Shown here: positions 1-13,401 of the stretch, piece by piece | How positions within the stretch are numbered: position 1 is the stretch's first letter | Layout: each line of letters starts with the position of its first letter | NCBI GenBank assembly: GCA_963514005.1 | Contig: OY740811.1 | Coordinates: forward strand, 27,094,001 to 27,158,000 | Length of the DNA: 64,000 bases | Source: Raja brachyura | Taxonomy: Eukaryota | Direction: 5' to 3' | Made by a program: the position numbers and the translations under genes | The notes under the pieces: generated by a model | The model's input: the letters and a program-made list of their open reading frames with translations, nothing else | Database searches by the model: none | Told to the model about the DNA's origin: nothing

Positions 1-39
1 TGCCACATGCCAAAGGAGACCAAGTCATTGCACCAACAC
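1..39 (-). CDS. KCNAB2: KCNAB2 exon, truncated by window edge: (G)VGAMTWSPLACG
   Basis: ttgaag|GTGTTGGTGCAATGACTTGGTCTCCT...; conserved WSPLA NADP-binding motif. Confidence 0.95.
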
Positions 40-413
40 CTTCAAGAAGGAATGTGGCAAGAACAAAAGGGTTAGATACACTAAAACTCACATTTTCCCA
101 GTAATACACCAAAGATAATGTTACTGCTAAGGATAGTAGCCATCCAATAATCTTAGGCAGATTCAAAACAAGGGCATCAGTGAGGCTTTCACTCTTGCCA
201 TTTCCACTCGATAAACTATTCAGAAAGTATTAAAATTCAAACTAGCCATCAAAACATATTCTTTGGTGTCCCGAGTAGTCGAACGAGGTGCCTCAAATCG
301 TTTACTACAGCTGGACGTATGCCATATAGGAATGGATGCAAAACTGGGCAAGGGAAAGGCACAATTGGAAGCAAGAATTTGTTGCGAAAATGTATCTGCC
401 AAAAAATATTTAC

Positions 414-534
414 CGATCTTATGGAAGAGCTCTGGAAGCTGCACTTCAACTTTCTCTCTTTGGAAGAGGTGATATTCAGCTTGTTCACATATTGGGGGGA
501 TGAGGTTGAATTGACGAGCCACTGAGTAAGCCTC
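414..534 (-). CDS. KCNAB2: KCNAB2 exon (121 nt): [40 protein letters not shown](G)
   Basis: ctgcag|GAGGCT...ATCG|gtaaat; lies inside track ORF 220..558. Confidence 0.97.
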
Positions 535-1252
535 CTGCAGGACAGAGACAGTGAACATATGACAGAGTAATAAAAGAGATAACTCTGGAACTCATCTTGG
601 AAGAGGGTCCTTCATGAAAAATACTTTCAAAGGTATTCTCTTTGTTGCATTTGCCATGTTATTTCTCAGCAGTTTCTGTTCACTGCTTTCATGAGCATTC
701 ACTTAAAGTAAACCCAGACTACTGCTATAAAATACAAGGACATGTGAAAACTGTTTACATTCAAATATCACCTACATTTAAAATTGTTTTTAAATGTCAT
801 CAAATCTCAAGAACATTTAAAATATTTTAAACTTTATGACCGGTTTCACAGCTTCTCACCAGTGAGGGCACACAGAGGACTGGAGGATTAGGGGCCATAA
901 GAGACTTTCCGCACCTAGACAAGGCAAGTGCAGATAAGGGGGCCATCAGTGATGATTCCACACAGAGGCACCGAGCCAGCAAGATCTGGTCCAATAATAT
1001 TTATATTTTCAGCAGGATTTGGAAAAGATTATAATATACTGATTGGTTGTGAGATGGTTCATGGTGCAAATCTCAGCAGTCAGCAATGTGCTGTGGTCAC
1101 TTATTTATTACAGCAAGATGAAACGGATTGCACACTCAGTGCTGTTTCAGGGAATCAATAAACTGAATGTTTTAATCTGTGTTGATGGAATATCAAATTT
1201 ACACCATGGTCTGGATTCACACTGAAGTACAAATGTGACTTTATGCTTCAGC

Positions 1253-1505
1253 AGACAATAGACAATAGGTGCAGGAGTAGGCCATTCGGCCCTTCGAGCC
1301 TGCAGCGCCATTCAATGTGATCATGGCTGATCATCCTCAATCAGTACCCCGTTCCTGCCTTTTCCCCATGTCCCCTGACTCCGCTGTCTTTAAGAGCCCT
1401 ATGCAGCTCTCTCTTGAAAGTATCCAGAGAACTTGCCTCCACCACCCTCTGAGGGAGAGAATTCCACAGACTCACAACTCTCTGTGAGAAAAAGTGTTTC
1501 CTCAC
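1253..1505 (-). mobile_element. CR1 LINE 3' fragment
   Basis: ORF2 C-terminus RKHFFSQRVVSLWNSLP..VVEA..L..FK..L; 3'UTR ending in (CTATTGT)n. Confidence 0.9.
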
Positions 1506-1679
1506 TTTTTCCTGCTTCAGTACCAAAAGAGGCTGAATGTATGGTTAGGGCCCGAGAGCTGGAGATGAAATTGAAGTCTCCAGATTCCTAATCAGACTTC
1601 TCATTCCCTGCTAATGACGTTTCAGAGGAAGAAGTTGGCTGGAGGAGAGGGAATGAACACAGTAATAGAGTTGTAAGTC

Positions 1680-1975
1680 ATAAGGGCTCTCAAGCCTGAT
1701 TCATGATTCAATAAGATCATGACTGTTCCTCGACCTAAACTCCACTTTCCTGCTCAATTCCCTGACTTCCTAAGTCCCCCAGTATTCAATCATTGCTTTG
1801 AATGCAGTCAATGACCAAACCTCTGGAGAAGAGAATTCCAAAGATTTACAACCTTCTGAGCAAAGACATTTATCCTCATCTCACTCTTGATTGACTGTGT
1901 GCTTATTCTGCCATTCAGACCTAAAGATCATGACCTTCCAGCTGCAGGGAATAGCTTCTTAACATCCATTCACGT
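1680..1975 (-). mobile_element. Degenerate CR1 LINE 3' fragment
   Basis: agagaattccaaagatttacaacc, homologous to the CR1 copies at 1253 and 29460. Confidence 0.6.
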
Positions 1976-2195
1976 AAAGCATTGTGTCCAAATATAAAAC
2001 TGTATAGATGAGTTCAGAATAAAGAAGCACCCTGATGAGACAATTTCAGAACTGAATTCCAGGTGAAGGGCTGGATCTTACAATACAGGAAACTATTAAA
2101 ACCCGAAGAAGGGAGGTCAGAAGCGGAGGTCATAATGAACAGGCGGCATAATTGCTTCTGAAAAACGTCTGAAGTGTTCTGAAGCTTAAACCTAC

Positions 2196-2281
2196 CATGA
2201 TTTCCATCGCACTCCACCGCGAGGTCCCCCAGTACATGGCCATTCCTTGGTTAATCACATGCGTCATTGCTCTCACTGTTT
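2196..2281 (-). CDS. KCNAB2: KCNAB2 exon (86 nt): (E)[28 protein letters not shown]
   Basis: taacag|AAACAGTG...ATCATG|gtaggt; lies inside track ORF 2130..2321. Confidence 0.97.
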
Positions 2282-5200
2282 CTGTTAGGAGAGAAAACGC
2301 GATTTCTTTATTTTTGGACAAAATGGCATAACCATGGCTGTGCCATACTAAGGGTGTGTATTGCTACTGGCTTCACAACAGGGATTTGGCCGCAAGACAT
2401 CTTGCAAGCAGTGTACATCTGTCCTGCAACAGTGGAATGGTGAGGCATTCTGACCTTTTATTTTCCCTCAGAATTCCTTTGTATTGCTGGATTAATAAAG
2501 TAAATGGGAGATGGGTGTGTGTGATGAAAGTGACCCCTTGGATAAATGTATGGGTGGAAGAAATGGGGGGGGAAAAAATAAAAGAAAGAATGAGCCAATT
2601 ATTCTGACTTTCCTGCATCAGGCAAAAGAAACATGGTGAAAGCATGTACGATATTGAATAGAGGTGATAAGCATTGCCACTAAGTATTGGTAAAACTAAA
2701 AACAATGGGTTATCTGAGGATTGGCATGAACCAGGAGACAACATCCCTTTTTTGAAGGCCTACCTACAATAGATTGAATATCCAAATACCCAGTAAACCT
2801 CAAATCACATCAATCTCTTTGACCAGTGCAGATTTTAGATCTTGAAGAAGCAATCTTTTCTGAAATAGGCCGTGGTACAGACACCGACCGGTCTTTCACT
2901 TCTGGAACTTGGATTAGTGTTCTGTCCAGCTTTTTGTTTTGGGCGTAGATTCACAGCACAAAACTAACAATACATTGCTGAGCTCAATTAAGCTATTGAA
3001 TGGTCAGTGTAACACATTTGAAAGTGCCTTGTTGGTTCAGTATGAAATGCCCTTTTGAGCTTAAGCCCGAGGCAATGTTCATGGCCGAGTATCTCTTAAC
3101 AATAACTGACCTAAAAACATTGTTTATTAACCGTGGTGACTTAAAGAGAAAATGCTTGACTGGTATCATTTACTTAGAGTAGAAGTAATCTAAACTTTGC
3201 AAGAGCAAATTTTTAAAAAATCTAACACGCACTTTTTAACTACATTTTGGAGTCTTCAAAAGTCAGCTCAGCAGGCTTATTTTTTTTGTTGATAAATGGG
3301 ACATGGACGTCTCTTGTACCCCTTGAACTAAGTCTCAAAAAGAGAAAGAAAATAGTAATTAAAAAAGCTTCTCCTTTATGTGTAATGACCGTAAAACTGT
3401 AAGCAGCAAATACTGGGTTATATTCTCCCCACTTTGCATTGCCAACTGAAAGGACAGGATTTCAGAATAAAACGTTGACGGAAATTCACTGCGGGCTGCA
3501 ACTTTTAGATGACACTTTAAACTGAAGCTGATCTGCCATGTCAGAGGGAAGTGAAAAAGACATTGCACTATTTGGACTGAAATGTATTCGGCCAGTGCCT
3601 TGGACAAAATTTATCCCAGCTCCACCAGAAAACAGACCATTTGGTCAATAAAATCTTGCCGTGTACATTTTGGCCACCGTGTTTGCTTCATACCAACATC
3701 AAAGCTTTAAAAATGATTAGAACAACTTTTGGACAACCGAAGATAATGTATTTGTATTGTCTGTCAACATGTTGCTCACAGACAATAGGAATGCTTCCAC
3801 AAAGGATGATTGACTGCAGGTCTAAACAGGAAAAACAAAACTTGTCCTATAAATGTTGGAATAATCTAATTATTTAGCTGAAATACACTTCCTGGAGTAC
3901 TGCCTTCCTGATAGTATTCCTTACTTGAATTTACTTATCATTTTTCTTGGGAGGGAAGAAAAACAGGGAAAATCAGTGAATTGCTGTTATGTTTATGCTC
4001 TGGAGATGAGAAAGCCACAAACTGAAGAACGGGGACAATAAACGCAGAACAATTGATTTGAAATGAAGGGGAGCAAGGCTACATATAGTTCCTAGTATTA
4101 CTGTTCTACAATGCAATCCCATTGCACAAACGCAACTTGCAACATCTAACTTTAAATCTGATTAAAACATCTTGAAGGAACCGGAATTTGTAACTTAATT
4201 ACATTCATCCACCTATCTGCATGTTTTATTTTATTGACTACTTATAGCAGTCGAAACAACATAAATGCCAGATTACTGGCTCAAACCTATATAATATTCT
4301 GTAACAACTATATTTGTGACATGATGTGTTAACATAAACTCTCCATTTGCTGCAAGTTGGATTTTCATACATGGTAACATCGTTAGCTTCCCTCCTCCCA
4401 TGCTAGACTCACGTGCCTTAGGAACAGCAATCATTTCCCCTTTACCCTCTGTCTCTGTCAATGATTCAAGCTTTGATGCTACAAAGTTTCACCAGCACTA
4501 TCTTTCTGTCTTGTTCAATTTGTACCCAAGCAGTGAAGACCAACAGGATCATGATAATTCAAAGCAAAGTGCAATCCAGTCATCCCTGCACTCCATACAT
4601 TCACACTATCTACCAGGGATCAATAAACAGCAATCAGTGAAGGGCTCTTTGGTTGAGTGCTTGCCTTATTAGTCCAGTACTGCTAAAATCAAAACAGTGT
4701 CCCAAATGCCCATTTAGCTTAGGCAACCAACACAATACAGAGGGGGGGGGGGGCCAACTTAGTTATTTTGCGGTCTAAATTATATAATTTTATTTTAGTG
4801 CTCCCTTTACCAAGGCTGCATTCCATATTTATAAAAACATCCTCATGCAAAATGATTAAGAATTGCAATTAACAGCCTTTTTGTAAAAGTGATACTTGAC
4901 TAGTACTTCTTTCACATTTTCTACTCAAGAAGCCACTTTGTCCAATTGTGCAGAGGTGGATTGGATGATGCAATTGACCACATACTGGCCCTTCACCTAT
5001 AGGAATTGCACCACATCACTACATTGAATGTCTCTTTAGCTGCTAGCTTTAAGAGCAAGTGAAGTGAACTTGGAAATGTTCAATTCCATTTTAGGCACAT
5101 TGTCGCTTTGTATTAAAATTATTAAGGCAGATTTTCTGCCCAGACACCAGTGAAAATACCACAAAAGACTTGGGTATTTAAGAAAAAATGAGTTGTTCTT

Positions 5201-8200
5201 AATTAATGTTAAAGTTAGTTTTAATGATTTTAGTTGGTTCTTATGAAAGTGTTTTTAGATGTTAAATTTAAGAAACTTTGAATTTTGTTCAAAAAGCTAT
5301 GCTGCTTCTACATGTCCTGAATATTACTGAAGGCATATGAATGTCAATGATGTTCACAGACACTCAATGTCCCATATCATATTGATAGCTTTGGTAGACT
5401 CAATGTTTAAGGAGTAGAGGCAGGCCATTAACCTTGATTCCCAACTAAGTACAAAGTATTACTTTTGTTGAGAAGGTTCCTATAAGTGAAGCTGTTCAGC
5501 AATTTTGGAACAATATGTCCTGCTAATTTGCACCTAGTTAACAATCTCAGCACAAAATAACTCATAATAGAAAGCCATATTTAATACCGTTTGATCAATC
5601 TGTGCCCAATTTGATCAGTTCTTTTGTTTCTGAATTTTCATATTCATGTCTTTATAATCTTTTTTCAACTCTTCTGTTAAAATCAGCACAATTTACAATA
5701 AGCAAAGGACTATTTCTTTTTAAGAATGTGAGATAACAAGATCGATCGCTTCTTCTAAATAAACAAAATGGTTTTGCGCAGGGCAAGTACAACTAAGTGG
5801 CAGTTATTTCCACAGCTGTTGATGATGTCTTTTCATGTCAGCTGACAAAATTAGCTTTGGTCGACTGCACTTGGAAAACTCTTATGAGGTGCTCGGACTA
5901 TCTGACAGGGCTAACGTGTCCAATGCCCTTAATGGAACGGGTCATAATGAATGGGCCTCTGAACTTTGGTCAAAGTCGCCGTTGATTTTCGTGGATCAGA
6001 AAAAGTAATATCCATTTTTATCCAAAAATTGAGCACAAAGCTGTTACCAATATCACTGCTCCAAGCAATAGTAGGAGCACCATTCAGATGAGTAAGCTAG
6101 CAATGGCCACATAAAACTTCCTTATTTTGGAAGAGTAAGGATAATACTTGATGTCCCAATCAAAATGTATCTCTTCGCACACACCACCAGAGGAGATTGA
6201 CTGTTACTTTCTTTTACTGCAGATGGCAGGATCTTGGTGCAAAGTGGCTACCAAGTTTGCCCATATGCCATTAGTCAATTAATTTTAAAAATGAGTCTGG
6301 AAACAGTTTGCAGCATATAGAGGGGTTTAAAAGTGCATTACAAATTTGATTATCTCATCATTCTCTCCAGCCCAGTAAAATATTTATGTTCACTCCCTGT
6401 TTTCACAAATAAGCTACTCGCTGTATATCCATTTGTCTGAGATAACTGTCAACGGTTCTGATTTAACATGATCTTTCTTTTTTTATTTGCTGCATGTGGG
6501 GAAAATATTCTCGCAGGCTCTTATTTTTGGATTTCTTTACCAACTGCTACAGAGGAGACAAGTAACAAACACAAAGCCAAAAGCTTCCATTACTGGTATC
6601 AATGCTCTTTTTTTGAGTATCACTGGGCAAGATGGCTGTAGAAAAATCCAGGCTCTCCCTAATAGTGAGTGGTTCATGTTGTCTGGATGAAAGCCAATAA
6701 CAAAGGAATAAAGTTCAAGCTACTCCTATACTGCACAAAGGCTGCCATGTTAATGTGTGAAAATAAACTGTGAAAGAGCTCTTATGTGAACGAAGCTGGG
6801 TGAGAAATCAATGGGAAAATTATTAATGATGAAAATGCATTGAGCAAAAATAAATTACAGACATAAATAATAACATATGCATTGACAAATTAAGTGAGAC
6901 GAAACACGTATACATTTTGAGAAAATCTGAATGTTAGGTCTATTATGGATAAGCATGTATTTATTCCTGTGGGTGAATTGGTGTTGCTTTGGTGTGAATG
7001 GTCAGACAAGTTGTACACAATTTCTGTTAGATGGGTTATGACTGGGCTACAAAAAGATTTAGTCGAACGCACTAAACATTCAGATCAAAGTACCACTTCA
7101 AATCCTGTACCTAATATTCTTTCTTTCATAAGGCATTTTACGTCTTGCAAGAATTCAGATTCAAAATTCTGGATGACATCTGGTATTTTTGCCAGAGTGG
7201 TTGTTTTCATGCATGAGCACTGTGTATCAGCAAACTGATATTCTGCAAAAACTAATGCTATTGATCTTGGCCTGGTCAGCAGCAAGGGCTGCTGGTGACC
7301 ATGGGCAGGATCTGCGGCTGGCCGATTCTTCATTTTCGCTGTAATGGGCTCACATGTAATGAGACCACATTTTCAGTACCTGAATGAGCACTTCACAAAT
7401 GTCTTTGAATTGGTGCAATTTTTTAAATATTAGGGCAGAAACATTTCAGCATTCTCAAGTTACCTAGCTTTATTTCTAACAATATTCCAATTGTAGTTCA
7501 ATGGTAATTTTTCTCCAGAAAGTATTAATTCAAATTATAACCTAACATACATTTTTTCTTTGTTTAAATAGAAATATTGTGGTATTAATTGACTCCATTC
7601 CTTTCTTAACATATTTAAGGCTGAATTATTTTGCAACTCTCACAATGCGTTTTCCTTCAAAGGAAATTTCAGGAAAATTGATTGTTATTGTCCATTTCAA
7701 AAAAAGTATACTTACTGAGTTGTCTCATAACCTTTAGTTTATAATAATTTGTTTGTAGATTCACTGGTATCACTCAGTTCTGCACTGCTAGTATTCTATG
7801 CTGTATGGCTAGCTGACACAAGCTGCGGCCAAGTAATGTCTGCAGATATCTTCCTCATGCAACATCATGATATTCCATTGCAGTGAGATCACAAACAGAA
7901 GCAGAAATCTTAACGCACTGCTCTTGAGGCAGAGCTTTGTGAGCTGATTGTTTTCCCTGCTAAAACCAGCAGTTTAATCTGGTTATGAATACATTAGCAC
8001 ATACAAATATTTTATGACTATTCCTGGAATTTGGGTTTATTATATTCAATTTATTTATATCCCTGTAATATTTTGCTGACAAGATTGCTAATATAGTCCT
8101 CAAAAAGGTTCTATTGTCTCATGTAGGCCAACAATAAAGGACGAAGCTGCTCTAACCAAGGAGGTCCTTTAGAATTTAGTGAACTTGTACGGTGGGATGA

Positions 8201-10239
8201 TTTATATTTTTAAAAAATCAATAAAATGGTACAAAAGTAAATGTTTAGGCCTGAATCGGGCAGACAGTCAGTAGGGCTGAGAGTAGATTGCAGCATTAAA
8301 CATTGATATTTAAAAATAAATTATTTTATTAATGAATTACAAAATACAGGTGGTTCATTTTCTCCCTCTTTTCCTCCCACCCTCCACCCCGTCTGGCTCT
8401 GTTACATGAATACATTGCTTGCAAGGCATATCTTAATTTTTACTGCCAGACTTGTGGAATAAAATATTTTTAGAAACAACCCCAAAAAGCATTCAATAAA
8501 CCCGCCACGGCTTCTCAGCCCAATCTGTTATCATGCAGGCTTTTTCATAAAATTATGCACAGGCACATGTAGGCCAAATATAAAAGAAAAGGACAATGAT
8601 TGAAATGCATAACATGCACAAAGCACAAATAATTCAGCAATAATTCTGCCAGAATTGCCACTTTACTGATGATGCATTAAATGATTTAGCAGACTCTTAA
8701 TTAATCAAATGGAAAGGAAAACATAGACAGGATTTTAAAACAAAACATGGAGGCTTGGACTAAGTAGTTAGTGATGGACTGGTACAATAGTTAGAGGCGG
8801 TGTGTATTACATGACTACAGATTTGCTGCTACCAGGATTGCAATGGCTTGATCTCTCAATTCATCTCAGTACTACATCATCCCTGAACAGGTTTAATAAC
8901 AAAGGATCTTACATAGACTAAAGGGAACTGGATATTATTTTTGAAAAGGAAATGCTCGCAGGATAAGTAAAGGGGGGGGGGGGGGGGGGGGAGACAGATT
9001 TGACGACAATAGACTGAATAGGCAGCTTCTGGATTTGGCCTTGTTTACTGTGCCCGGGTTAATGATGGGAACTGTCAGAAACTTGTTTGCAATCATTTTT
9101 AAATTAACAAAATCTATTTTCTGACTCCTACTGTGGAAACAGTCCTTTCTCAATTCACTCCATTAAAGGTATTATTTAATTTTGAAAGCATCAATTCTGA
9201 ACATACACTGGTAAAGTGGAAACATTATAAAATCTTTAATATCTCCTTGTGATCAGAATTTAATCTGGAAAACAAGTGATAACCTCTCCTCATTGTTTTA
9301 ATGTCCTTCCATTCACAACATGCCCAAAATCTAACTCCATTCTACACCCACAATACTTGCATTACCTTGGTATTAATTAATCAAAATGTACTTCATTTGT
9401 TTCTGGGGCATCCTGAAGTTTGAAACAGTACTAGGTTTTTCTAACAAATCTTTTATTCAACTCAAGATTACAACTTTACTTTAGTACATCATAGAAAATA
9501 CAATATATTATTTGTTATCATTGCTTATTTATTTTTTCAAAATGGATCACCCTCTTAAATGATCATTAAATCACATCTACTGCTTTTTGAAAATTCTGTG
9601 GATTTCACTGATTAAAAGTCTCCTATGTTGTGAGCAGCAAACTTTGAGACTTCGATCCACCATGCAAGTCTAAATCAGCCATATATACCAAAAACTAAAG
9701 TGTTTCTAGCAGTAACTCCAGAATTTGTACTCTAACTTTTTGCTATTTTTAGTCTGATGCCAAATGTCTGGAATTTTCAAACACACTTCCGGTGACACTC
9801 TATCAACCAACTTTGGCATCACAAGCACTGCCTCAAGATGGGCCTTTAACAAATCTGCTACTGAACTTGAATTCCCCTTTAGATTTTTAATTTCCCCTTT
9901 CCCCTACGAAAGGGTTCTTCATGATTATCATGGACTGGCCTAACAAAGGCCTCATTTTAAGCCTTAGTTTAGGTTCGATGTATTTACTAAAGTAGCTCAA
10001 ATCTTTGGTGCAGCTTTTTTATATCTGTTGGGAGCTGTGTACCTGATCAATCTTATATGAAGATTTTCCACTGCTGACCTGTTTGCTGACATACTGTCAG
10101 TTAATTGACACTAGATATCCTCTTGCCCAAAAAAACTTTGTCTTAGTTGATTACAGTATCATTAGCTTCGATTCTTTATTCTATTGTGTTCTTACGTCAA
10201 ACTTAACTATAACTGCTGTGTCCTAATTGTTCTCCTTTA

Positions 10240-10715
10240 AACAAAGGTTACAAAATTCTTCAGTGAATGATTAATGGTAAAAAATAAATAGATGGACTGT
10301 ATTAATATTATTTTCATCGACGTTAGTGTACTTGAGGGTCCTGACATTTCCGAATATTTAATTTATCCCAGGCAATATTAGAATAAAGCTAATGTGAACA
10401 TATTATTTTGTTCTAATCTTGCCAGGGATAAAATCACACAATACTATCCACATTCTGTCTTAATGCAACTTTCAAAATATACTTAACATGGTGATTACAT
10501 AATTTACTACAACACTAACCATAACTCTGAATTTAAATGGTAGACAATATTTCAATGGATGACTATTTCTCTCAACATTAATTTTTCTGTTGCACTTTTA
10601 GTTTCAATGTTCTGAAATGTCAGATCCCCAAAGTACACTAATGCAGATGAATATAATATTAAAGTCCATCTATTTATTACTAGTCATTCACTGCAGCATT
10701 CTATAACTGTCACTG
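10240..10715. repeat. Imperfect long inverted repeat with an internal ~71-nt hairpin (old MITE-like palindrome)
   Basis: 10258-10358 pairs with the reverse complement of 10605-10697; inner stem 10362-10387 pairs with 10406-10432. Confidence 0.75.
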
Positions 10716-13356
10716 CTACATGATCAGGGTTGTGAACAGAATCAAGCAGTTGCAAGTTAGCTGAACAACTCCTTACAATAAATCTTGCAGCAAATTTGCA
10801 TGGATTGTTTGCATGAAGAGTGAATATTGTGAAGTTAGTTGTTCAGCAGTGGCGATTTCAGTTAGCAAAATTTATCCCAGACCCACTGTGCTGAAAACAG
10901 TACCAGTCTATCACCAAAATAACCTATAGCAGTGATTGCAATAATTACTAATTTACAGTGAAACCTGCACTACATGGTCACTTTCACCAATGCAAACAAC
11001 TGGCCACAGATGGTTGAATAGGCATTAAAATGTCATGTCCTGAATTGAATGCTAATGGCAACTTTAGGCTGTAATTGTAACATTTAATTTGGCAAGCCCC
11101 AATTTGCCATAATTCTTCTTGGCAACAATGAATAGAGAGTAATTTTGGTTATTCAACAGTGGAAAGCATCACAACTGTACATTTGCTTTTGAGGGTTACT
11201 GGACAGCAGGCAGGATAGAACCGTGGCAGTGCTCCCCTTTCCCAAGCACTCATCAGTCAGAGGTGCTGCCTATGATGAGGGTGCCTAAAGCAGATTCAGA
11301 ATTGAACATGGTAGCTTCTTGAATTGCCAGAATTGAATATGGCAGGTCTGAGCGGCTCACACACTCATGCATAAATTCTATTCACCTGCAGCACTACAAT
11401 GCGTAATTCCCTTAAATAAACATAGCCCAGTGTTTCAGGCAAAACCTTTAACAAGTTTAAAACACTTAATTGCCAAAAATATGTTTGCAGTTTTCAGAAA
11501 TTTTACTTAGGGTGGAGCTAATATATAACAGTTTTGAATAGCATTCAAATAACTTCATAAAATATGTTAGGAAATTATTTCTATTCTAATCTATCCAGAA
11601 AATAGAATTAAATCCTACTTATTTTAAACACTTAAATTTCAATCTGTTTTTCTAATTTAATTCATTTTGCCCAGCCTTATTTACTTGTACAAGGATTTGA
11701 TCATGACTATAAAACATATACATTTCATATTCTATTGCTACTGAAGTTGGAAAGATTGTTTAGTGACACTAAATGTCTTTAGGATATAGTTAACATTTCA
11801 AGTGGGAAACAGGGAAATAGTTATCTGGTTCAAATAGATGATAATTAGTGCCGATGGAACATTTTTGTATTCACCTTAATGAGTCTCATTTCACACATCT
11901 GACAATTGCTCTTAATAATATAATTATAATAATATTAATTCATAATAATATAATAATAATTAATATATTCTTAATTGATATTCCACTGCTTATTAGTTTA
12001 TCGTATTGTTGATTATTATATATTTTCTGTTGTTGCCTTACGCTAAGTTGCAGCAAGTAAGAATTTAATTGTTACGTCGTCAGTATTTATGATAAAAATA
12101 CTCCACTCTTGCTTACATCACATATCTTACACCTGCAGATGACTGCAGGTTGATGAGGGGGTCAATCTGATTACAGGTTTCATATTTGCTAGCTGCTTTG
12201 GGTAAACTTGCAGTCCCTATTACTCAAGGTGGGCTCTCTTTAATGTAAACCATTGGCAAAAACGTCACAAAAATCACTGAGATTTCCTGAAGAACTTGGC
12301 ATGGTGAATTGGGAGTCTGGCTGGGAACCGTGCTCATCGCACGCATTCATATTTAATTGACTTTTGAATCAGTGTGCTAGCACTATCTAACAGTGACATA
12401 TTGGTAATGCACAACTCATTTGAGGCAAGTAGTTTACAGGGTAGTGTTAGCAAGAGCAAGAACATGAGGTAATAAATTACTTAGATAAACTAAACCTCCT
12501 GCTGCTTAATCAAAGTGACCAGAAGAACAGGTTTCATTTGAGTAGTTTCATACTTACCCAAGTTTAGAAACAACTGCAACAGCTTCCTTCATCCCCTTTC
12601 TACTCAGCAGACGTGTGCCATTTAGCAATGGGAAATGGCAAGGCTGCCTACTGCCTTTCACGGGGATTCAGTTTTTACAATGTATTGTTATAGACTAAAC
12701 GTTGTCACAGCCTACATGTTACACATTGCTCATAATTATAAAAAACTTAAGGCGCATGTTAATGAGGGGAAACAAAATCACAATGTTAAGAAAAAATAAA
12801 ATGAATTTTAACATCTGGCAAACATTTAATTAAAAAATATCAGCCAAAGCAAACACTTATAGAAGGAGCCATGAGACTTTCAATTTAATTTCCACAAAAT
12901 CAGAAACAAGACTTGTGCAAAACAAATGAAGCGCATAAATTTCTAAGAGTACGGTAATTCTATCTACATAACATTACTATACACAGCACTACTGTTCACA
13001 GAATGAGAGGAATTCAAAATGAAATGCTGGCAAACCTGAAAGCACGTAAACAGAAAGTCAATTAAAGTGCTAAACCCTAATGGATTGGCATTTGTACAAC
13101 ATGCATGGTTTGGGAATATGAAGGAGGCGTTCAAAACGTAAGAAACATGTTCAAAAATAAGAAGCAAAAAGGGTAGGACAGAATCATTTTATTTACTTGC
13201 AAGATGTTGTTAAGAATTCAGGTAAGTTGCATTTTATGGGGAGGTTACTTCTCTGGGTGAAAGGGAGGAAGTGGGAGCAGAGTGAACGAACAATCTGCCC
13301 CATAAAATGCCTTGGAACAGCTAAGTATTAATACTCATTTCTTGGGTACTGTGTAC

Positions 13357-13401
13357 CTTCAATGATGAATGTTCTTGACTTTGAAGAACTAAATGGATCC
13401 C
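13357..13401 (-). CDS. KCNAB2: KCNAB2 frame-preserving cassette exon (45 nt): (G)DPFSSSKSRTFIIE
   Basis: U-rich tract + taccag|GGGATCCA...ATTGAAG|gtacac; phase 1-1; peptide matches the insert I recall from the long human KCNAB2 isoform. Confidence 0.88.

Noticed and set aside
8972-8991. Long G/C homopolymers (also about 23325, 27177, 48288, 60290) as functional G-quadruplexes
   Set aside because: Simple homopolymers, several inside TEs and of uncertain assembled length; no evidence of function.
12552-12620. Consensus GTAAGT donor on the minus strand in the long intron
   Set aside because: No convincing acceptor and no recognisable peptide; such hexamers are expected by chance.
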